DNA from: Caulobacteraceae bacterium
Lineage (GTDB): Bacteria > Pseudomonadota > Alphaproteobacteria > Caulobacterales > Caulobacteraceae
Assembly: GCA_049791955.1 (NCBI GenBank)
Contig: JBARAK010000372.1
Span: 1,729-65,728, forward strand
Reading direction: 5' to 3'
DNA length: 64,000 nt
In this document: positions 1 through 9,236 of the stretch, piece after piece
Position numbering within the stretch: position 1 is the first letter of the stretch
Layout: each line of letters opens with the position of its first letter
Program-made: the position numbers and the translations under genes
Notes under the pieces: generated by a model
Told to the model about the DNA's origin: nothing
The model's input: only the letters and a program-made list of their open reading frames with translations
The model's database searches: none

Positions 1-39
1 CATCCATCTCGGCCCGTCCCCGCTCGACGAGTTGGCGGC

Positions 40-837
40 TTGACCCGGGCTTCGGCCATCTACGTGGGTCGCGTGGGGCACGCGCGGCTGCGATCCCGCC
101 GTCACGTTCTGAGCTATGGCGTCTTCATGCTGCTGCTGGACCTGGATGAACTTCAGGCTCTGGACGAGGAACTCCGCTGGTTCTCGCTTGGCCGGTTCAA
201 TTTGACGAGTTTCCGGGCGCGCGATCACGGCGACGGCTCCGACGTTCCACTGAGGACCCAGGTTGAGGCGCATCTGGATGCGGCCGATCTGGGGATCGCT
301 GGCGGCCCGATCCGGCTGCTCTGCCTGCCGCGGGTGTTGGGCTATGTATTCAATCCCCTGTCGGTCTATTTCTGCCATCGACAGGACGGGCGGCTGCGGG
401 CGATCCTCTACGAGGTCAACTCCACCTTCGGCGAGCGGCACAGCTATCTGATGCCGGCCGAGCCGGACGGGCACGGCGTCATAAGGCAGATTGCAGCCAA
501 GCGGCTGCACGTCTCGCCCTTCATGGACATGGGCCTGGACTACGCGTTCACGGTAACGCCGCCGGGAGAACATCTGCGCATCGCCATCGATGCCGGCGAC
601 ATCCAGGGGCCCGTGCTGGCTGCAAGTTTCGCCGCTTGCCGCAAGCCGCTTACTGATGCGAGCCTGTTGGCGGCCTGGGCCGCTTATCCGCTGCTGACGC
701 TGAAGGTGATCGCGGCCATCCATTGGGAGGCCGCCTGCCTCCTGGCCAAGGGGGTTCACTTGCGCTCCGGAACGCCTGCTCCGGCCGCGCCGGTCAGCCT
801 TGGCGTCCTGCGATGCCCTCAGGCGGATCGGCGGTAA
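40..837 (+). CDS. DUF1365 family protein
   Basis: N-terminus SAIYVGRVGHARLRSRRHVLSYGVFMLLLDLDEL matches the conserved DUF1365 opening. The family usually sits in cyclopropane-fatty-acid-synthase-type operons. The upstream partner would lie outside the window. Confidence 0.8.
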   Translation: MTRASAIYVGRVGHARLRSRRHVLSYGVFMLLLDLDELQALDEELRWFSLGRFNLTSFRARDHGDGSDVPLRTQVEAHLDAADLGIAGGPIRLLCLPRVLGYVFNPLSVYFCHRQDGRLRAILYEVNSTFGERHSYLMPAEPDGHGVIRQIAAKRLHVSPFMDMGLDYAFTVTPPGEHLRIAIDAGDIQGPVLAASFAACRKPLTDASLLAAWAAYPLLTLKVIAAIHWEAACLLAKGVHLRSGTPAPAAPVSLGVLRCPQADRR

Positions 838-1460
838 TCGAGATAGGAGCCATCCGGCGCCTTTCCGCGAAGACCGCTCCATGTTCCGCCGGCGTCGTAC
901 CAGTCGATGATCTCTGCATCTCCATGCAGAACGTAACGAGTGGTTTGGCTGGTTTGTCCGTCGCTGCGTGAAACCTTCTCGCGCAGGAGCGCGCCCGTCT
1001 GCGGGTTGAACAACGGTCCTTCCAGCACCTTGGGGTTCCAATGGGTGAGCGGATGGAGAGGAGAGGGAAGGCGAATGTTCCGCCCATCGTCGGTGGAGAT
1101 CGAAACACCGTCGGAGGTCTGGCTGGCCAGGACGTGCTGCTGCCGACCGTTGCTGACCGTATGGCTTTCCAACTGGACGAAGTGGCCCGCCCGCCATGTT
1201 TCGCTCGCGTGATGGCGGTAGCGGAAGATGGGGATCGGGCCCAGCTTGACCAGCATGTCGGCGTCGATGGAGACGGTGAAGTCCTCCAGGTTTCCGCTGA
1301 AACCGACGTTATGGATTCCGATCGCCTGATCGTTCCTCCAGGCCGTGAAATGCAGGTCTTGTCTTGCTGGGCTGGCTCGTACCCGCGTGGGAGGCAGGAC
1401 GATGGACGACAGTCCGGCCGCCAGCACCATCCGTCGCGATGCGCCGCTGAATTCCGTCAT
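819..1460 (-). CDS. exported hypothetical protein, DUF6134-like
   Basis: In-frame ATG at 1460 gives MTEFSGASRRMVLAAGLSSIVLPP, a signal-like N-terminus. The pattern FTAWRNDQAIGIHNVGF...GPIPIFRYRHHASETW resembles DUF6134 from memory only. The longer track ORF (to 1688) looks like upstream read-through. Confidence 0.55.
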   Translation of the reverse strand: MTEFSGASRRMVLAAGLSSIVLPPTRVRASPARQDLHFTAWRNDQAIGIHNVGFSGNLEDFTVSIDADMLVKLGPIPIFRYRHHASETWRAGHFVQLESHTVSNGRQQHVLASQTSDGVSISTDDGRNIRLPSPLHPLTHWNPKVLEGPLFNPQTGALLREKVSRSDGQTSQTTRYVLHGDAEIIDWYDAGGTWSGLRGKAPDGSYLDYRRSA

Positions 1461-1644
1461 TTGCGGGTCCGGTTCAGGTTCAACCTTGAAGTTACGGATC
1501 TGCCGAAAGGGGGATGCGTCGCCTCGGCCGAGAGTCGCCACTCCACCGAAAACTGAAAGAGTATCCGCCAAACGGCGTCTATTCGCGTTCCGCTCCTGGC
1601 CGCCTAATGATTCTGTGGATGCCGCAGCACCGAGGAGTTGGACG

Positions 1645-2598
1645 ATGACCAGAAAAATGCTCGCCGCCGCTTCAGCTGCGCTCGCCATTGCGGGCGCCGC
1701 CGATGCGCAGACATCCCCATCGACCTCTGCGAGTACGACCTATCACACCGTTGCCATCGACGGCTTGAAGGTGTTCTATCGTGAGGCGGGGCCCCGGGAT
1801 GCGCCCACGCTGCTGCTTCTGCACGGCTATCCGTCTTCGTCACGGATGTTCGAGACCCTGATCCCACTCCTGGCCGATCGCTATCATGTCGTGGCGCCCG
1901 ACTACCCGGGCTTCGGCCAGAGTGACGCTCCGCCGCCGTCGCAGTTCGCCTACACCTTCGATCATCTCGCCGAGGTTGTGGGCAAGTTCACCCAGGTGCT
2001 GAAGCTGAAGAGCTATGTGCTCTATCTCCAGGATTATGGAGGTCCCGTCGGCTTCCGCCTGGCGTTGGCGCATCCGGAGCGGGTGAAGGCGATGGTGATC
2101 CAGAACGCCGTCGCCTACGAAGCCGGCCTGGGGCCGGCTTGGGAAATCCGGCGCGCCTTTTGGCGGGACCGCGACGCCTACGAGGACAAGGTCATTCCGG
2201 GCTTCACTTCCCTGGAGGGGGCGAAGCAGCGCCACATCGGCAGCAGTCCTCATCCGGAACGGTACAATCCCGATACTTGGCTGGACGAATACGCGCTGCT
2301 GTCGCGGCCGGGCCAGCGGCAGATCCAGGCTGACCTGTTCTATAATTATCAGACCAACGTCGGCGCCTATCCGAAGTGGCAGGCATGGCTGCGCCAGCGC
2401 AAACCGCCGATGCTGGTGGTCTGGGGAAAATACGACCCCTCTTTCGCCGTTGGAGGCGCGGAGGCGTTCAGGCAGGACGTTCCCAAAGCCGAGGTCCACA
2501 TCCTGGACGCTGGCCATTTCGCCCTCGATGAGAAGGTGGATGAGATCGCCGCCTTGATGCGGGCTTTCCTGGAAAAGCAACGGCTTGGACCAGGTTGA
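1645..2598 (+). CDS. alpha/beta hydrolase (epoxide hydrolase / haloalkane dehalogenase-like), exported
   Basis: ATG at 1645 is preceded by GGAG and gives signal peptide MTRKMLAAASAALAIAGAADAQ. Core motifs LLLLHGYPSSSRMF and LQDYGGPVGF are present. Confidence 0.85.
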   Translation: MTRKMLAAASAALAIAGAADAQTSPSTSASTTYHTVAIDGLKVFYREAGPRDAPTLLLLHGYPSSSRMFETLIPLLADRYHVVAPDYPGFGQSDAPPPSQFAYTFDHLAEVVGKFTQVLKLKSYVLYLQDYGGPVGFRLALAHPERVKAMVIQNAVAYEAGLGPAWEIRRAFWRDRDAYEDKVIPGFTSLEGAKQRHIGSSPHPERYNPDTWLDEYALLSRPGQRQIQADLFYNYQTNVGAYPKWQAWLRQRKPPMLVVWGKYDPSFAVGGAEAFRQDVPKAEVHILDAGHFALDEKVDEIAALMRAFLEKQRLGPG

Positions 2599-2723
2599 GC
2601 CATGACGCCGCCGGTCGTTCCGCTTTGCGGAAGATGGTTTTCCCAATGATGGCCATTCGAAAGGGTGGCGCGCTCCTCTAGGGTCGCGCTGGATTGAAGT
2701 GGCTTCAACGAAAGGTTCAGACG

Positions 2724-3803
2724 ATGTCCAGCCTGCTGCAAAGCATCGGAGTCGCCCTTCCCATCATCCAGGCCCCGATGGCCGGAACCTCGACGCCTCA
2801 GATGGCGGCAGCCGTGACCAATGCTGGCGCATTGGGTTCGATCGGGGTGGGAGGGACCGATGCAGCCGGGGCTCGTGCGATGATCGCGGCGATGCGGGAG
2901 GCGACCCAGGGACCGCTTAACGTCAACGTCTTTTGCCACGAGCCGGCCAAGGTGGACCTGGCGCGTCACGCGGCCTGGATCGCGGCTCTCAAGCCGGTGT
3001 TCAGCCGCTTCGGAGCCGCGCCCCCTGCTGAACTGCATGAGATCTACACCAGCTTTGTCGCCGACGAGGCCATGTTGCGTCTCTTCCTTGAGACCCGGCC
3101 TGCCGTCGTCAGTTTCCACTTCGGCCTGCCTCCGGCGGACAAGATCGCCGCCCTGAAGGCGGCGGGCATACTGCTGCTGGCGTCCGCCACCAGCTTGGCG
3201 GAGGCTGAACAGGCGGTGGCGGTGGGTGTCGATGGCGTGGTCGCCCAGGGTTATGAGGCCGGGGGCCACCGGGGCATGTTTGATCCGGCGGCGCCCGATG
3301 ATCGGTTGGGGGTCTTCGCGCTGACACGGCTGCTGGTCAGCCGGATTGCGCTGCCGGTAGTTGCAGCAGGTGGGATCATGGATGGCGCAGGCATCGCCGC
3401 CGTGCTCGATCTTGGCGCTGAAGCGGCCCAACTGGGGACCGCCTTCGTGGGCTGTCCGGAGTCGAACGCCGACGCCTATCACCGCCAGGCCTTATTCGGC
3501 CCTGGCGCCGCCCATACCGAAATGACCGCGCTGATCTCCGGTCGGCCGGCGCGATGCCTTCCGAACAGCATCACCGGGCTGAAAGAGATCTTGGGGGGGC
3601 TGGCGCCGCCCGACTATCCGATCGCCTACGACGCCGGCAAGGCGCTGAACGCCGCCGCCAAGGCCAAATCGGATGGCGGTTTCGGCGCCCAGTGGGCGGG
3701 GCAGGGGGCTCCTCTCGCCCGCGCCCTGCCGGCGGCCGAGCTGGTCGCGACACTGAAGGATGAACTCGCCGCGGCGCGGGCGAGCCGCGTCACCAAGCTC
3801 TAG
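2724..3803 (+). CDS. nitronate monooxygenase (NMO / 2-nitropropane dioxygenase family)
   Basis: PIIQAPMAGTSTPQMAAAVTNAGALGSIG and VAQGYEAGGHRG are signature NMO motifs. ATG 2724 is preferred over TTG 2694. Confidence 0.9.
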   Translation: MSSLLQSIGVALPIIQAPMAGTSTPQMAAAVTNAGALGSIGVGGTDAAGARAMIAAMREATQGPLNVNVFCHEPAKVDLARHAAWIAALKPVFSRFGAAPPAELHEIYTSFVADEAMLRLFLETRPAVVSFHFGLPPADKIAALKAAGILLLASATSLAEAEQAVAVGVDGVVAQGYEAGGHRGMFDPAAPDDRLGVFALTRLLVSRIALPVVAAGGIMDGAGIAAVLDLGAEAAQLGTAFVGCPESNADAYHRQALFGPGAAHTEMTALISGRPARCLPNSITGLKEILGGLAPPDYPIAYDAGKALNAAAKAKSDGGFGAQWAGQGAPLARALPAAELVATLKDELAAARASRVTKL

Positions 3804-4990
3804 CCTAGTAAGGTCTGTACTTCGGAGCCCCGCACGAGGGTCAGGTCAGTGGGGCAGCGTTCCGCGATCTGGAGCATCCGTTCCCGCTGGCTGTCGTCGA
3901 GGGGACCTTCAAGCGTGATGATCCGGGTGAACCGGTCGGCCGGTTCGGCGTCCTTGAGTTTCTCGTGGTCCACCCGGGTGGAGATGCGTTCGAGCGGCCA
4001 TTGCTTGCGCTCGGCGTAGAGGCGCACGGTCATACACGTGCAAGCGGCCAGGCCGGCGCAGAGCAGGTCGTATGGCGACGGTCCCGATCCGAGGCCGCCG
4101 ACGCTTTCCGGTTCGTCGGCAAGGAAGCGGGAATGACCAGTGCGGATTTCAACCTGGAACCTGCCCTGACGCGTTTCGGTCGCGACGACGCCCATGGTCT
4201 CCTCCTCGGCCTCCAGGTCGGGGGTTAAGAGAGGCAGGTAGCGCGTCGCCCAGCTGGCGATCATGCCAGCGGCGTAGTCCGCGTCGGCGTGGCGCTGGAG
4301 CAGGTGATCGGCGTCGTCCAGCGAGACGAAGCTCTTGGGATGGTGGGCCGCGGTGAAGATGCGGGTGGCGTTTTCGATCCCCACGGTCTGGTCGCGAGGC
4401 GAGTGCATGATCAGCAGTGGAAGGTGCATCTCCGCGACGTGAGCCAGCAAGTCGTGGGAACACAGATCGTCGAGGAAACCCTTGCGGATCAGGAAGGGAC
4501 GGCCGGCGAGCAGCACCTCGGCTTCGCCGTTGGCCTCGATCCTGGCGAGATCGGCCGGATCGAACATCTGCAGGACGTGCGAGACCTCCGCCGGCGCACC
4601 GATGGTGGCGACCGCGCGGACCGAGGCGATTTCGCGGGCCGCCGCCAGGACCGCCGCTCCGCCCAGGCTGTGGCCGACGAGCAGGGAAGGGGCCATGCCG
4701 GCCTGCGCCATCGCTTGGCCCGCCGCTATGAGGTCGAGCCGATCGGCGACGAAGCTCACATCCGCCAGGTCGCCGCGGCTCGAGCCAAGTCCGGCGAAGT
4801 CGAAGCGCAGCACGCCGATGCCGGCCTGGGCCAAGGCCTGTGCGATACGGACCGCCGCCAGGCTGTCCTTGCCGCAGGTGAAACAGTGGGCCATCACCGC
4901 CCACCCGCGCGGCGTGCTCCGCGGCGTCTCCAGCCGCCCGGCGAGCCGGTAACCCGCCGTGCTGTCGAATTCGAATGGGCGACTGGTCAT
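3800..4990 (-). CDS. bifunctional alpha/beta hydrolase / OsmC family protein
   Basis: The N-terminal hydrolase domain has the GHSLGG nucleophile elbow. The C-terminal OsmC/Ohr-like domain carries PSPYDLLCAGLAACTCMT and AERCPT. Start taken at MTSRPFEF. Confidence 0.85.
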   Translation of the reverse strand: MTSRPFEFDSTAGYRLAGRLETPRSTPRGWAVMAHCFTCGKDSLAAVRIAQALAQAGIGVLRFDFAGLGSSRGDLADVSFVADRLDLIAAGQAMAQAGMAPSLLVGHSLGGAAVLAAAREIASVRAVATIGAPAEVSHVLQMFDPADLARIEANGEAEVLLAGRPFLIRKGFLDDLCSHDLLAHVAEMHLPLLIMHSPRDQTVGIENATRIFTAAHHPKSFVSLDDADHLLQRHADADYAAGMIASWATRYLPLLTPDLEAEEETMGVVATETRQGRFQVEIRTGHSRFLADEPESVGGLGSGPSPYDLLCAGLAACTCMTVRLYAERKQWPLERISTRVDHEKLKDAEPADRFTRIITLEGPLDDSQRERMLQIAERCPTDLTLVRGSEVQTLLG

Positions 4991-5099
4991 TGTGCAATCT
5001 TCCCTTGTCCCCAGGGGGCGACACGGCTCCTGCAATGAAGCAGGTTATTCCTATGTCACCGCTGGTTTGCGATCGTCATCACCCTGATGGGTATCCCAT

Positions 5100-5567
5100 A
5101 TGATCAGCGAAGAGCCAGCTTCGGCCTCGGCATCGACAGGGCTTGTCGCGGGGCCGGATGGGCTGATGGTGTTCGATGGGGTCTGCAATTTCTGTTCGGG
5201 ATATGTGAGGCTGGTGACGGCCATGGATCGGGATGGCGTGATCAGGTTCACGGCCATGCAGTCGCCTTACGGCCGCTCGCTGTGTGTGGCCCATGGGATC
5301 GATCCTGAGGATCCGGCGACGTTCCTGTTCTTTGATCGAGGCCGGGCGCTGGAGGCGACCGAGGCCATGGCGACCATGCTCGGGCGCTTGCCGAGCCCCT
5401 GGCGCTGGTTGCGATTCTTGACCGTGATCCCGCGCCCGTTGCGCGATGCGGTATATCGCTGGACGGCGCGTAATCGCTATCGCCTGCTTGGCAAGCGCAC
5501 CACGTGCATGGTCCCGCAGCCCCATCTGAAGGCCCGATTTATCGACGTTGCGCCTCGCTCCGAGTAG
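5100..5567 (+). CDS. thiol-disulfide oxidoreductase DCC family protein (DUF393)
   Basis: VFDGVCNFCSGYVRLV contains the DCC-family CxxC motif, and the size is typical (155 aa). Confidence 0.85.
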   Translation: MISEEPASASASTGLVAGPDGLMVFDGVCNFCSGYVRLVTAMDRDGVIRFTAMQSPYGRSLCVAHGIDPEDPATFLFFDRGRALEATEAMATMLGRLPSPWRWLRFLTVIPRPLRDAVYRWTARNRYRLLGKRTTCMVPQPHLKARFIDVAPRSE

Positions 5568-5753
5568 GTGCGCTTCAGCGATTTCCTTTTTCGCGCTTTT
5601 CGCCGTCGAAGGAGGAGCTGGAACGCCTCAAGGTCGTGTCTGCCCGGAATGCGGGAAAAGGGAAGCTGCACGGGAACGCTTAACCTTGGTATGGTAGCGC
5701 TCACGTCGAACAGATCGCGGTGAACGCGGCAGTAGCGCAAGGGAGGATGGTTC

Positions 5754-7445
5754 ATGATCGATATCCGCAGCACCCGGCGGAATGTGCTCGGGAGGGGAGC
5801 GGCGTTGGGCGCGATGGCGGCCCTGCCGCAACTCGCCTGGTCGGGGCCCGCCCAGGCGAAGGACACGCCGGACTTCGTCGAGGTCGAAACGGCTGCCGGC
5901 CGGTTGCGGGGCGCGCGGGTGCGGGGAGTGTCAATCTTCAAGGGCGTTCCCTACGCCGGTTCTGTATCGGGCGCGCATCGCTTCCGGACCGCTCCGCCGG
6001 TGTCTTCATGGACCGGTGTGCGCGACGCGTTGAGCCTTGGACCGCCTTCGATCCAGGAGCCTGGTCAGGTCTATGGCGAGAACGAGCCGGCTCCGGCGGA
6101 GGATTGCCTGGTGCTCAATGTCTGGACGCCCGAGACCGGCGGCGGCCGGAGGCCGGTGATGGTCTATAGCCACGGCGGCGGGTTCACGACCGGCTCGGGT
6201 GGTTCGGTTTCGCAGGACGGCGCTAACCTAGCGCGCGAATATGACGTGGTGGTGGTTGAGACCAACCATCGCCTTGGCGTGATGGGCTATCTGTATCTGC
6301 GGGGCTTGCTGGGGCCGGAGTACGACGGCAATCAGGGCCTGTCGGATCTTGTCACGGCGCTTGACTGGGTCAGGGTCAATATTTCCGCGTTTGGCGGCGA
6401 TCCTCATAATGTGACTATCTTCGGGGAATCCGGCGGGGGCACGAAGACCGCCTGCCTCTATTCCATGACCGAGGCGAAGGACCTGTTCCATAAGGCCGCC
6501 ATCGAGAGCGGAGTCGGACCCGACCCCAATCCTCCCGAACACGCCACCGAGATCGCAAGACAAGTGCTGGCGCGCGTAGGCTTGGCGCCAGGCGACGCCC
6601 GCAAACTGCTCGAGATTCCGGCTTCGGTCCTGCTGAAGGCCCAGATGGGCGACGCCGATCCCACGCTCGGGCCGGGAACCTTACCGGCGCCGGGTCAGAC
6701 GCGGACAGGACCGCCGCCTCTGCCGTTCGGGCCGGTGATCGATGGCGTGCGCCTGACCGAGATTCCGTTCAGCCGAGGCGCGCCAGAAATTTCCCGGAAC
6801 AAGCCGCTGATCGTGGGCGGCTGCAAGGAGGAGACGATCTTCTTCAACCGGCTCGACCCCACCGTCTTCAACCTGGATGCCGCGGGGCTGAAGGCCAAGC
6901 TGGAGCCGAAGCTGGGTCCGGCGACCGGACGCTGGATCGAATTGTTCCATCGTACACGGCCAGAGGCTTCGCCCTCCGATCTCTATATCGCCATCAGCAC
7001 CGCCATGCCCTGGCGCGCGACCGCAATCCGGGCCGGCGGGGCCAAGGCTGCGCAGGGCGGTGCGCCAGCGTTCATGTATATCTTCTCCTTCGAGTCCGAG
7101 ATGAAGATCGCGGGGACCAACCACCGGGTCGGGGCGCCGCACGCTTCCGATATCGCCGTCACGTTCGATAATGCGCCTCCGGCTGACGCGCCGCCGATCG
7201 CCAATCCCGGCTTCTTCGACGACCAGAGCGAAGCCCGCAGGCAAACCGCCCACAACATGAGTGCGATGTGGACGAGTTTCGCACGAACCGGCCAACCTGC
7301 GGCTCCGGGCCAGCCGGCTTGGCGCGCTTACAGCCTTGATCGTCGGGCAACCATGCTGATCGACGCCCAGTGCCGGCTGGTCGACGACCCGGAGGGCGAA
7401 GAGCGCCGCTTCTGGGAGGGGCAGGACGTTTGGGCGCGGCTTTAG
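5754..7445 (+). CDS. carboxylesterase/lipase family protein (type B), Tat signal
   Basis: GGGAGGA RBS before the ATG. Twin-arginine leader STRRNVLGRGAALGAMAAL...AQA. Motifs EDCLVLNVWTP, HGGGF and the GESGGG nucleophile are present. Confidence 0.9.
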   Translation: MIDIRSTRRNVLGRGAALGAMAALPQLAWSGPAQAKDTPDFVEVETAAGRLRGARVRGVSIFKGVPYAGSVSGAHRFRTAPPVSSWTGVRDALSLGPPSIQEPGQVYGENEPAPAEDCLVLNVWTPETGGGRRPVMVYSHGGGFTTGSGGSVSQDGANLAREYDVVVVETNHRLGVMGYLYLRGLLGPEYDGNQGLSDLVTALDWVRVNISAFGGDPHNVTIFGESGGGTKTACLYSMTEAKDLFHKAAIESGVGPDPNPPEHATEIARQVLARVGLAPGDARKLLEIPASVLLKAQMGDADPTLGPGTLPAPGQTRTGPPPLPFGPVIDGVRLTEIPFSRGAPEISRNKPLIVGGCKEETIFFNRLDPTVFNLDAAGLKAKLEPKLGPATGRWIELFHRTRPEASPSDLYIAISTAMPWRATAIRAGGAKAAQGGAPAFMYIFSFESEMKIAGTNHRVGAPHASDIAVTFDNAPPADAPPIANPGFFDDQSEARRQTAHNMSAMWTSFARTGQPAAPGQPAWRAYSLDRRATMLIDAQCRLVDDPEGEERRFWEGQDVWARL

Positions 7446-7656
7446 AAGCTCCATCCCCTGCAAGCGGGAGTGGGAATATCGTCGTTTATCGTATACACAT
7501 CCGTCATTACCCTGTGGTCTGACGGTCTCACATCCTTTATCAGCCAGCGGCACAGGGCCGAATCCCCGGCCTTGTCGTGCGCGCGACCGCACAAGCACGG
7601 ACCCCGGTTCGTGAACGAAGGCGGCGTCGGCGAGGTGGAAGGAAAGATTCTAGCCT

Positions 7657-7941
7657 ATGCAGCCGCATCTTCTGGTGCACAACAAGGCCGACAACGTCGG
7701 CGTGGTGGTGGTCGAGGGCGTAACCGCCGGCATGGAACTGCTGGGCGTCCAGCTCGAGGACAACAGCGACTTCCGGATCGTGGCGCTGAAGGACACGCCG
7801 ATCGGGCACAAGGTCGCCCTTGCTGACCTGAAGAACGGCGGCGACGTGATCAAGTACGGCGAGGTGATCGGCCGGCTGGTGGCCGACGTGCCCACCGGCG
7901 ACCATGTCCATACCCACAACCTCAAGACCAAGCGCTGGTAG
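7657..7941 (+). CDS. UxaA family hydrolase, small SAF-domain subunit (SuyA-like)
   Basis: 94-aa SAF domain (DNVGVVV..., [24 protein letters not shown]) lies directly upstream of the large subunit. Confidence 0.85.
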   Translation: MQPHLLVHNKADNVGVVVVEGVTAGMELLGVQLEDNSDFRIVALKDTPIGHKVALADLKNGGDVIKYGEVIGRLVADVPTGDHVHTHNLKTKRW

Positions 7942-7948
7942 GCCGACC

Positions 7949-9160
7949 ATGAGCACCGAAACCTCCGACCTCACCGCCGCCATCGCCCAGCACGCCGGCC
8001 GCAAGATCATGGCCTGGCGGCGCGAGAACGGCCGCATCGGCGTGCGCAACCACGTGGTCATCCTCCCGCTGGACGACATCTCCAACGCCGCCTGCGAAGC
8101 GGTGGCCGGGCACATCCAGGGGACCATGGCCCTGCCGCACGCCTACGGGCGGCTCCAGTTTGGCGAGGATCTCGAGCTGCACTTCCGCACCATGATCGGC
8201 ACCGGCTCCAATCCCAACGTGGCCGCCTGCATCGTCATCGGCATCGAAGCCGGCTGGACCCAGAAGGTCGTCGACGGCATCGCCAAGACCGGCAAGCCCG
8301 TGGCGGGTTTCTGGATCGAGGGCAACGGCGACATCGCCACCGTGGCCGCCGCCTCGCGCAAGGCCAAGGAATTCGTCCATTGGGCCGGCGAGCAGCTTCG
8401 CGAGGAGTGCGACCTGACTGAGCTGTGGGTCGCGGCCAAGTGCGGCGAGAGCGACACCACCACCGGTCTGGCCTCGTGCCCCACCGTCGGCAACATGTAC
8501 GACAAGCTGATCCCGTCGGGCCTGTACGGCTGTTTCGGCGAGACCAGCGAGCTGACCGGCGCCGAACACCTGGCGGCCAAGCGCGCCGCCACCCCCGAGG
8601 TGGCCGAGAAGTTCATGCGCACGTGGCAAGCCTACCAGGACGATGTGATCGAGGCCCACAAGACCAGCGACCTCTCCGACAGCCAGCCCACCAAGGGCAA
8701 TATCGCCGGCGGCCTCACCACCATCGAGGAGAAGGCGCTGGGCAACCTGGAGAAGATCGGCAAGCACGTCTCCTACATCGACGTGCTGGAGCCGGCCGAA
8801 GCGCCAGCCAAGGGTGCGGGCCTGTACTTCATGGACACCTCGTCGGCGGCGGCGGAATGCTGCACGCTGCAGGCGGCGGCGGGCTATGTGGTTCACATCT
8901 TCCCGACCGGCCAGGGCAACGTGATCGGCAACCCGATCATGCCGGTGATCAAGGTCACCGGTAACCCGCGCACCGTGAGGCAGATGAGCGAGCACGTCGA
9001 CGTGGACGTCTCCGGCATCGTGAAGCGCGAGATGACCATCGACCAGGCCGGCGACGTACTGATTGACATGATCGTCAAGACTGCCAACGGCCGTCCCACC
9101 GCTGCGGAGGCCCTCGGCCACCGCGAGTTCGTGATGACCAAGCTGTACCGCTCGGCCTGA
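7949..9160 (+). CDS. UxaA family hydrolase, large subunit (altronate dehydratase C-terminal-like / SuyB-like)
   Basis: [20 protein letters not shown] and [13 protein letters not shown] are typical of D-altronate/galactarate dehydratase-type enzymes. ATG 7949 lies 8 nt after the small-subunit stop. Confidence 0.9.
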   Translation: MSTETSDLTAAIAQHAGRKIMAWRRENGRIGVRNHVVILPLDDISNAACEAVAGHIQGTMALPHAYGRLQFGEDLELHFRTMIGTGSNPNVAACIVIGIEAGWTQKVVDGIAKTGKPVAGFWIEGNGDIATVAAASRKAKEFVHWAGEQLREECDLTELWVAAKCGESDTTTGLASCPTVGNMYDKLIPSGLYGCFGETSELTGAEHLAAKRAATPEVAEKFMRTWQAYQDDVIEAHKTSDLSDSQPTKGNIAGGLTTIEEKALGNLEKIGKHVSYIDVLEPAEAPAKGAGLYFMDTSSAAAECCTLQAAAGYVVHIFPTGQGNVIGNPIMPVIKVTGNPRTVRQMSEHVDVDVSGIVKREMTIDQAGDVLIDMIVKTANGRPTAAEALGHREFVMTKLYRSA

Positions 9161-9236
9161 TTGGGGCTCCGTTTTCCACCGCTCATCTCTGCGAAGGCGG
9201 AGAGGAGCGGTGGATGGGACGGAATGGACAAGTCAC

